DNA of 64,000 nt from NCBI RefSeq assembly GCF_902652985.1, contig NC_047029.1, positions 34,472,001 to 34,536,000 of the forward strand, given 5' to 3'. Position 1 is the stretch's first letter; the number at the start of each line of letters is the position of its first letter. Positions 53,302 through 64,000 of the stretch are shown here, in pieces. The position numbers and the translations under genes are program-made. Under the pieces are notes generated by a model. It saw only the letters and a program-made list of their open reading frames with translations, was not told the DNA's origin and ran no database searches. This DNA comes from Pecten maximus (lineage: Eukaryota).

Positions 53302-55344
53302 ACAAGGGCACAGCACTAGAGTAAAGTCAGTATTTATATGTGCAGACGTGTAGAACTGTGACACTATGTCTGTCGCTGCAAATTTTAACGACTTACATTG
53401 TGTGTCTTCTGTACTAGCGGGATCTGTCCATTAGACGTCTGCGTCCTTGCTACAGCTAAAGTCACATTTGGGACGGTGTCAGCAGTCTATGTTGTTTAGT
53501 ATGTGGTGACCCTTTAAAGGTACTCTTGTTTGAATATCATTACCTTACAACGTTGGCTTGTCTTTCTCCTAGGTAAAACTGTAAAGGAAGGTGCCATCAC
53601 AGAGAGTCTAGGTAGGACATACATGTTGCTATGACGACTAGATATCACCAAAGAATGGGTAATATATGCCATAGTATACAAACTAGACATAAAAAGTCAG
53701 TTAAAGCACTATTTTTTATAGATATGTAGAACAAAGTTTTGATAAAGTATCTTAATATACTACAAGCACAGCTTTGGAATACAAACATCAAACACCCGTA
53801 GGCAGATAGTTTTCTCACAATGGCCCGTGCAGTGTATATACCGTACGCCCACAACCAATCTGTGCGTTTACTGACATGTACATGTCTCATTACTATGGGA
53901 GACAGGGTTATATACCAGTGGACATTGACTAGTTTGGGATTGCGATGATAGTGTAAAATAGGTATACAAGGCACAATGTTGCTACCCTTTCTTCAGAGAA
54001 ATAATTGGTTATGATAATTTTACAATGTATACTGGGCATTTTACTTTTCGGATACACTTTATATGAATGGCACACCCATATAAATAATATCCGAAATGGA
54101 TGTTAGTGTCAGAAATCCACGCAGGCATTAATATTTGTCTTCAGATTTGCCTTATAGTGTACTGTGTTATGAAGATAAGTAGAATATTTTGTGTGTCTTG
54201 TACCTGTAATTCCATGGTATTTTATCTTTTGAATATACATGTAAACATTTTCCCTTGTCACCTACATTTAATATTGTATAGTTCAAATGTTTCATTTTCT
54301 CCAAAGATATTTTTTGAGAATTTGTGTTAGTGTTTCATGATGCCAAGGTCAAAAACAAGACCATTGTTATAATCTATAGAAAAACAATTTTCAGCGCTCT
54401 TGCGAATTTATTATCTTTTAATCAAGCTCATATATATATTGGTTAAGTACATTTATGCAAATACATGTACTTCAAAAAACTTAGTTTCTACGCTTACAGC
54501 AGGATATTTTGGCGGGTATACTTGTCATACAGGGGATGTGTAGTGTGCCTGCAATGCCTTGTTATATCATGGTTAGTCATAATTGCAGTGAACGTGATTA
54601 TGTAGAAAAGATACACATATTACGTTATAAATGCGAGTGTTTCATTAACTATTGGTGTCCCAAAGCTTGCTCATATTCTGCCACTTGAACAAACTGAAGT
54701 ACCTGTAGGTACTGTGTATTTGCTTTAATAACTGAAAGACCCTTTTCGGTTTGATGATAAAATCTAGCCATTGAAATAAGGTAAATACAGATTATTTCGG
54801 ATATCTGTCGAAGAAGTTTAGAATGTGAATTTGTTTTGCTTAAAAGAGAGATATTTATATTCGACTCTCGAGTAACCCTGCTTAGTAAACTGATTATTAT
54901 GGCTAGTAGTGAGATTAGAGGTTCAATTGAAATGGGAATCAATGGCAACGTTACTCTGCTGGGATAACAGTTTATACCTAATATAAATCCTGGATGAAAT
55001 ATTGTATTAACTAAACGCATTTTAAGCCAAACTGCACATTGTTTTTGAGTATCGTTATGACAATCTATAAAATAATATACATGTAATTATAATGAGAAAT
55101 CCGAATTGTTCACAAAGGAATGGAAAATATAACTTTCACTTTTGTTTCCCCGTTTTTATCATTGCTTTTTAGAATATTTGATAATTTAAAACGTTATTTT
55201 GATATTATTTATGTACGCGAGAGCAAATCCTCATTTAGTAATATAAGTAACTTATTTTTTAGAACCATGCCATGCATACAATCTGATTGGATTAATCGTC
55301 GTACGATGTGGATTTCAAATATTGTGTTAAAGGATAATCAGACG

Positions 55345-56507
55345 ATCGGTTGTATCGGTAAACTGGTAGACGGTCCGTTGTATCGGTAAACTTGTAGACA
55401 ATCAGTTGTATCGGTAAACTGGTAGACGGTCAGTTGTATCGGTAAACTGGTAGACGGTCAGTTGTATCAATAAACTAGTAGACGATCAGTTGTATCGGTA
55501 AACTAGTAGACGATCAGTTGTATCGGTAAACTGGTAGACTGTCAGTTGTATCGGTAAACTGGTAGACGATCAGTTGTATCGGTAAACTGGTAGAAGATCA
55601 GTTGTATCAGTAAACTGGTAGACGATCAGTTGTATCGGTAAACTGGTAGACTGTCAGTTGTATCGGTAAACTGGTAGACGATCAGTTGTATCGGTAAACT
55701 GGTAGAAGATCAGTTGTATCAATAAACTGGTAGACGGTCAGTTGTATCATGAAACTGGTAGACGGTCAGTTGTATCAGTAACCTGGTAGAAGATCAGTTG
55801 TATCAGTTAACTGGTAGACGATCAGTTGTATCGGTAAACTGGTAGACGGTCGGTTGTATCAGTAAACAGGTAGACGGTCAGTTGTATCAGTAAACTGGTA
55901 GACGATCAGTTGTATCGGTAAACTGGTAGACGGTTAGTTGTATCGGTAAACTGGTAGACTGTTAGTTGTATCAGTAACCTGGTAGAAGATCAGTTGTATC
56001 AGTAAACTGGTAGACGATCAGTTGTATCAGTAAACTGTTAGACGATCAGTTGTATCGGTAAACTAGTAGACGGTCAGTTGTATCGGTAAACTGGTAGACG
56101 GTCGGTTGTATCAGTAAACTGGTAGACGGTCAGTTGAATCAGTAAACTGTTAGACGATCAGTTGTATCGGTAAACTAGTAGACGGTCAGTTGTATCGGTA
56201 AACTGGTAGACGGTCGGTTGTATCAGTAAACTGGTAGACGGTCAGTTGTATCATGAAACTGGTAGACGATCAGTTGTATCGGTATAAACTAGTAGACGGT
56301 CAGTTGTATCAGTAAACTGGTAGACGGTCAGTTGTATCATGAAACTAGTAGACGGTCAGTTGTATCGGTATAAACTAGTAGACGGTCAGTTGTATCAGTA
56401 AACTGGTAGACGGTCAGTTGTATCGGTAAACTAGTAGACGGTCAGTTGTATCGGTAAACTGGTAGACGGTCAGTTGTATCGGTAAACTGGTAGACGGTCA
56501 GTTGTAT
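55345..56507. repeat. 28-bp satellite (cagttgtatcggtaaactggtagacgat), about 41 copies
   Basis: Directly visible tandem array. Confidence 0.98.
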
Positions 56508-58868
56508 GTATTGCAGTAATTTTCATGTATGCATTTTTTGTTTACTTGACCGACAACCGCTCCATTGTTACGGCGCGGCAACATCTCGCTTTTATTAGTC
56601 ATGTATACATTCATAACTTTTGACAATTTACAGCTTTTTTGGCTGCCGCATTTGAAATCGATTTTTATCCAGAACTGTTCATGATGTTGATATCTTTAAT
56701 ATTTTTTGTTTTTAAGTTGTGATAATTTGGACTCCTTCTAACTAACGCGATTTTATGTATTATAAATTTGTACATATTTGAGTCAGAGAGACTATACCAT
56801 GACTGTAAGTAAGCTGTCAGTGATGTACCTCTGTCTCCCTATCTCCAATGTTTTACTTGATGACCTTTATTATGTTTCTATTGTTGATTTGTTGTACCTG
56901 TGTCTCACTATCTCCTTTCTTTACTTAATTACCTTTGTTACGTTTCTATTGTTGATTTGTTGTACCTGACCACCAGTAATAAATAATAGCGGTTAACGTT
57001 AATTATATATTAATCTGTCACGATTAACGTTTACATTCTCACAATATATTATCTTACTGTCTAAATGAATCAATCGACAAATAAAAACCTAAAGGCTAAC
57101 ATGAAATGTTTCGTTAGGGTTACCAATATTCCGATGACTTTTTCAACCAGTTTTAATAACACAAGCACTTGATTAAATCAGGATTTGTCATCAACTACGC
57201 TTACCTTTATAGCTATGTAGCGAAATTCTCAATTCCCATATAAAGTTTGTGATATATTTGATATACTGTCTAATTTAACAATTTAACATTCCAATTAATG
57301 TATTTACCAAACTAACAGGGTACACAGTTTTAAGTACACATATTATATTCCTTATCGTTTTTAGTATATTTTCACTTTACATGATACAGTGCATTTTTCC
57401 AAAGAATAAATGTCTTAATGTATCCTTCTTTTTATATATATTTTTTATAATGCATTTTATTGTACTCCATTATCTGTAGTATACTAATATAACTGATAGC
57501 ATGTATTTCAAACATATCATGTTTTTACATTTTATGACGAAATCTATTTTCTTGTTGTTTTTCAAATCTTATTATCTTTACATTCACCGACATAAATCAT
57601 TGTATGAATGTGTTATAGTTTATATTTTGGATAGGGCTTCGTTTGATATTTGTTGTATTTGTTTTGATTGGGTATGATAGACGCCCTGATCATATATTGC
57701 TTTGCTGATCTGTTCTTGTCGTAGTATAGTGTTTTATCACGTCTGTCCTTCGTCCTGTGAAAGTAACTTAAATTTATCCACAATAAATCATCTGTGTATA
57801 TGTGCTTTAGTAGGGGCGAAGTTAATACGAAATTAATACGAATTTTTAAGTTTTTAATTCTGTATGCGATGCATCCCACGGTTAACAAAGATTACAGACT
57901 AAAGACTACAATCATCAAATCGGTCCATCCGTCCGTGCGTCTGTTCGTCTCGCTGTTTCTGTGATTAACGTTCTTGGTTAATGGTCAAGGACGTAATAAA
58001 TGTTGAATTTCGCATTAACTGATCCCTTATGAGTGCATTGATTTGTTATATCAGAGGTAGTCTTGATTTCAGTGCTGTGGATGATTCAAATATGCAAAGG
58101 ACAAATAATGTGTAAGAGATAACGTACATGTATATGAAAAGTATATTACAGTGTACATTATAACATCAAACTTGAAGTCATATGGGTTATGATCTCACAA
58201 AGCTGGCACATATCCTGTCACTAACACGTGAACCAACTGGATGCCTCTAGATCTAGTGATTTGTTTCTCTCAAGTAAGAAAAATACGTCCGAACGTAAGC
58301 ATAAACAATCGTTCATTTCTTTATTTAATTCATGACCATGTATATATGCTAATCATTGACCAATATCCAAATGACATTAATAACCGAACAAACACTTAAT
58401 GGCGTGACCTAGTTATTCACGTGAAACGAGCGATGAAGCAAGGAAACCATTGTTTTATTTACAACGCGTCAACAAAGGTAACTGTTATGACGTCACAAAC
58501 AAACCATTGTTACTCATTTCTTTTGTTTGAGTGAAATGTCACGCCTATCTTAATAAAAAATGGAAGTTTTGAGGTTGATAAAAACGAATGGTTAATTTTC
58601 ATTGACAGTCCCAGAGACATTGCACAATGTAGAATGATTCTGGTAATCCAGTTGTTGTTTTTTTCAATTGTTGTTCGTTATGTTAAAAACATAGCAGATG
58701 CCATATTATATGTTTAACTCGTTTGTTTTGTTTGTTTTAGTAAAGAAAACATACTTTATCATAACGTTACTTGTTTTTTACTAGTGCTTTTTATTAGTTC
58801 ATGGATTTTCGTCTGCAATTTCAGCCTTTCATCAGTTGAGTCGGCAAAATGATGTTCTCCTCTTTGTA

Positions 58869-59365
58869 GAGATCGAACTAACTAAATAATTAACACAGTA
58901 CATTATGGTGTCACGAGATCGAACTAATTGAATAATTAACACAGTACATTATGGTGTCACGAGATCGAACTAATTGAATAATTAACACAGTACATTATGA
59001 TGTCACGAGATCGAACTAACTAAATAATTAACACAGTACATTATGGTGTTTCGAGATCGAACTAACTAAATAATTAACACAGTACATTATGGTGTCACGA
59101 GATCGAACTAACTAAATAATTAACACAGTACATTATGGTGTCACGAGATCGAACTAACTAAATAATTAACACAGTACATTATGGTGTCACGAGATCGAAC
59201 TAACTAAATAATTAACACAGTACATTATGGTGTTTCGAGATCGAACTAACTAAATAATTAACACAGTACATTATGGTGTTTCGAGATCGAACTAACTAAA
59301 TAATTAACACAGTACATTATGGTGTCACGAGATCGAACTATCTACATAATTAACTCAGTACATTT
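58869..59365. repeat. 46-bp minisatellite (gagatcgaactaactaaataattaacacagtacattatggtgtcac), about 11 copies
   Basis: Directly visible tandem array. Confidence 0.97.
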
Positions 59366-60849
59366 TGGAAACAGTTAAATATGTAGCACAATAACGGACG
59401 GTTCTAAATTGTATACAGTCTACGTAAACATCATTTTTTCAATTTTTGTTTTAAACATTAATGCAGCTAATTGGGTTGTTTTATTTGAAGTTTGTTTAGT
59501 TGTAGTGCGACACTAATGGTTGTATCAGGGTGAATTGTTGACAAATAAACTTGTGATCGTATATATTGATGGTGTCGTGTTGTATTTGTCTGCTAATGTA
59601 TGGAGCTGAAGGAGACTGCCGACATTTGAATGATTCCAACATAAAATCGAGAAAACAAAAATTATGTAAATATAGATTTGGACTCTTGGAAGAGTACATT
59701 GGGATTAAAACCCTGGGCCCAGTTGCTCGAAAGGTGATTAGCTTAATCTCGTTTTGAACATCTCGGTCCAGGTGATTAGGATGATGAGTCGGGATGTCTC
59801 ATAATTCATCGACGACAGTCGTGATATAAATCTCGGTTATATCACGTCCTCAAAATAGTAACCAGGGTAACAACGGAACCACCTGATCCTCTGGACATAT
59901 CAATAATTATTTTACACGTAGACAATATATCAACAAAAACGTACTCTTTGTTTTCACCAACAAGTTATATTAGCTCGATACCCTCATTTCATAAACGCTT
60001 GTTGACATCTATCAATATTTACATTTTCGATTCACTGGGCCTCTCTGAAACTAGAAAACTCCGATTACTTCATTTCTTGAAGATTGTGGTACACGTGCTT
60101 CTGTTCTGAAAGGCGAATGACTTTTTGCTGGTGTTAAAATACATTGTTTAAATTGGCGATTTAGATTTATATCGCCTCATCTATAAATACACCTTCGCTT
60201 AGTAAATTTTGTAATATTGTTGTTCAGGTCTGTCCCCAAGTAGAACAAGTGATAAATATAAAATGGCGGTATGATGCAGACATATTTTGAGGATACAGGT
60301 GATCTGACTAGGATACTCCTGGTAGCCCTAGCTCATGAATTCTATCGCCATTTTAATCCATTTAAGATTTCGTGATCGCAATATCACGTATAGTATGGGT
60401 GGTCAAAGAGAGGTCTCAATCAAAAGTACGTAAGACTGTTTTACAGCACAAAGACAACTGACTGATATCGGCGTTACAATATCATGTGGTCACTACAAAG
60501 AAGTCACCATCATTGCGGCTTACCTTATATATGTGACTGACCCGACGATCGGTCGGACCCGCTGGTTACTTACTCCATCTTGACCTTTTCCATCAGCGTT
60601 GTCAACGTCGGTTTTCTTCTCGAATTCGGCATTTAATTATTCAATTTTAATCATCGATGTTGTGAATATCCTAAAAAAGTGCATCTCTTGACATAATACC
60701 GACTACACGAGAAGTTGAACGTGGATCTATTGTGACGTTACTATCGTTGCTGTGACGCTGACAAAGCCATGGAAATTGAAAGGCTCTCTGCAAGCCTTCT
60801 CCTTTGTGCTCTGATCATGATAATCGCTATAACAAGCTGGACATCTATT

Positions 60850-61720
60850 GTCATTTATTTACTACATCCAGTAGAAGTTAGATATGTAACCTGTAGTTAT
60901 ATAGAATGCCATTTATCTACTACATCCAGTAGAAGTTAGATATGTAACCTGTAGTTATATGACATGTCATTTATCTACTACATCCAGTAGAAGTTAGATA
61001 TGTAACCTGTAGTTATATGACATGTCATTTATCTACTACATCCAGTAGAAGTTAGATATGTAACCTGTAGTTATATAGAATGCCATTTATCTACTACATC
61101 CAGTAGAAGTTAGATATGTAACCTGTAGTTATATAGAATGCCATTTATCTACTACATCCAGTAGAAGTTAGATATGTAACCTGTAGTTATATGACATGTC
61201 ATTTATCTACTACATCCAGTAGAAGTTAGATATGTAACCTGTAGTTATATGAAATGTCATTTATCTACTACATCCAGTAGAAGTTAGATATGTAACCTGT
61301 AGTTATATAGAATGCCATTTATCTACTACATCCAGTAGAAGTTAGATATGTAACCTGTAGTTATATGACATGTCATTTATCTACTACATCCAGTAGAAGT
61401 TAGATATGTAACCTGTAGTTATATGAAATGTCATTTATCTACTACATCCAGTAGAAGTTAGATATGTAACCTGTAGTTATATAGAATGCCATTTATCTAC
61501 TACATCCAGTAGAAGTTAGATATGTAACCTGTAGTTATATGAAATGTCATTTATCTACTACATCCAGTAGAAGTTAGATATGTAACCTGTAGTTATATAG
61601 AATGCCATTTATCTACTACATCCAGTAGAAGTTAGATATGTAACCTGTAGTTATATGACATGTCATTTATCTACTACATCCAGTAGAAGTTAGATATGTA
61701 ACCTGTAGTTATATGAAATG
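60850..61720. repeat. 58-bp minisatellite (catttatctactacatccagtagaagttagatatgtaacctgtagttatatgacatgt), about 15 copies
   Basis: catccagtag recurs every 58 bp; three junction variants (agaatgc/gacatgt/gaaatgt). Confidence 0.97.
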
Positions 61721-64000
61721 TAATGGACTGTGGTAGGAACACACATTCAGCCTTCAATACTAATACAAATGGTCAAATACTATCTAGTATAAACACAAAT
61801 AATGTGTTTTATGTAATAAACGATCCTTTAACTGCCTACAATGTATAATATTTGACAGTCCAAATCGTATATCCTTACACACTACATTAATGTTTGAAAG
61901 TCTCTTTATATTCATTTGCTATAAGTTTCCCTAAATATTTATCTCAAACATTATTTTAAGCATGACTAATTTTAGGATATCAATTCAAATGTATTACCCT
62001 AAGTTGTAAAGATAGCATTTTAACATTAAAATATTCGATTTTAACAAAAGTTTGAAGATAGGAAGTGGTTTTAGCACAAATTAAGAAATCGGATAGGAAC
62101 ATTCACTTTCTTTATCATTGTTACTTTAACGGCATTTTTTTCACATACAATAGCTGAAATAAAATTCCTCATCTATTTTCTATTTTGATGGTATAATTTA
62201 GCTTATAACATTCATGGTGGTTAACTATTGAGGAAAATATATAAATATATAATGCTTTTGAAGTGATTTCACTTTGTTGATCTTTTGTACTATAACACTC
62301 ATATAACACTAAATCCATTACCTGTATATAACAATGATGTAAAGTCGTACCTTTTTTTTTCTAGATACTGATCACCATTGTTGAGGAAGTATATACTATT
62401 CCCTTTACCATTATTTGTCTATATTGATTTACCAATGTGTGTATCTAACATTGTATATTAATTAATTGGTTCCGCTAACTGTAATGTTTTGTCGACAGAA
62501 TGGCCAATCAACAATTGTAACATTAAGAGTTTCCTTATCAGGTCAGTTTTCCTTTGTTAATGTGTACGTTTATTATTGGACAACTGTCGGTAAAGTATGA
62601 GCAGTCAATGAGACAATAAGATAGTAAATACATACATTAACACAGTTCTTCGACATGGAACGACTATTTTTTTTCTGCTCAACAAAAGGTCAACCGGCAC
62701 AGAATGGCACTGCTACCTGTAGTTGACAAGTACAGAACATCGATTAGAGACAAACTCGGGGATCATTGCTTCATCTCCTTCCTCCAGCCCAACATGTAAA
62801 TCTAGAATAAAGCCAGGAATTAACCTCTAATTGTATCGCTATGTTGCTCCGAGAAATTTTAACAACAAATACACAAAAAGGCCATTAGCAGGGAATGAAT
62901 ATTAATATGTTCTTTTTGTCAATACCGCGAATCGTACTTTCGTAACATAACATTTTACGGACTTGACCTAGATTAACTTGGTACATTTTCACAAATTGAC
63001 ACTCGTACCGTTCCACAGTAAGTGTCATCTTGATTTAGCTTCATCCAAAGTTGAAATGATGAAAAGTAAATAATAATGTTTACGGATATTTGGAAGACCA
63101 CAGTCAAATTCTGCCCAATAATACACTTCTGTGATACTGTATAGATATTGAATTCCATGAGGCTAATTCTTCACGGTTGTTCCTGTATTAAATGCCACAT
63201 TCTGCAGTAAAAAAAAACTCGACAACACGTCTTGAGTACTTTCGTCGCATCTTGGCGATGTGTTATCGAGTAATATATATACATATTCCCTTGGTTTTTT
63301 TTGGTTGTTTCATAATGTCTTTTATTTTTTTATTTTTTGTTTGTTATTTTTTGTTAATGTTTGTCTTCGTTTTTTGATTTTGGGTTTTTGTTTTTACATT
63401 TATTGTTAATGACTGCAAAAACAGCAAATTAAATCAACCTCTCACTTCCACCCCTAATATCACCAACTATGCAATATACTGACAATGTCAAAAATGTCTT
63501 CATGATAACCAGCATTTGTCGGGACTTGAGATAACTATACGTACTGAGCAGCACTATATGCTGTATACTTATTACGGAGTGTTCGACCCTCGATTGTAGA
63601 ACAATGGTAAGTGTAGGGAGCTCACAACACTCCATACTGACCAAAGTATTTACCTGTAATGTTTTTTGCATAAAACTTTATTTAATATAATGATAAAATA
63701 GTACGGCTGGACCAGGTTAAGGTTTTAACGATATGTTTGTGATCACATATTATATTTTACAAAGATAATATATTTCCCCCCGTATATTATTTTGTATATG
63801 GCTATAAATCATCTGTATACTTATATTCATAAGTGTTATCGTCGTTAATTTATACAATTATATTGATTTCAGCAAAAGATAATCCTTCTCACATGTAGGC
63901 CACATTGATGTGAGGTATTCCAAATGTCAAATGTTGTTCTAACACATGTATGAATTATTTTCATTAATTAAATGTATAAAGTAATATATATCATTACAGG

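Noticed and set aside
54649-55020. 123-aa minus-strand ORF
   Set aside because: No recognisable domain or supporting splice structure.
62365-63671. Possible exons or ORFs near the right end
   Set aside because: Isolated splice-like sites could not be joined into a consistent reading frame.

Overview
AT-rich, intron-containing animal genomic DNA, most likely a bivalve mollusc (inferred from SINE types and protein families). It has one assembly gap (15729-15862). I reconstructed four protein-coding genes by hand from GT-AG splice sites and reading-frame phase. (1) A secreted brorin/VWC2-like cysteine-rich protein (+, 3 coding exons, 22513-27493, 253 aa). (2) An aldo-keto reductase of AKR1 type (-, 10 exons, 28261-34250, 325 aa, intact D/Y/K/H tetrad). 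(3) A single-MRH-domain type I membrane protein of the CD-M6PR/ATG27 type (-, 7 exons, 36357-45551, 247 aa, ending in YDKI), almost invisible in the ORF track. (4) A single-coding-exon 890-aa coiled-coil + NHL/beta-propeller protein (+, 50629-53301). It lacks RING/B-box but carries PPxY, PSAP and LYPxL motifs, and lies head-to-head with gene 3. The 5' part of a further minus-strand gene probably spans 1-15260 (weakly supported). The rest is minisatellites/satellites (17, 28, 29, 32, 35, 39, 46, 53, 58, 53-60 bp units), V-domain tRNA-SINEs, MITEs, a candidate TRIM with a tRNA-derived LTR, and decayed CR1-type, mariner and ISL2EU/Harbinger-like fragments. Most short ORFs in the track are spurious. 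No database searches were run; family calls rest on recognised motifs.
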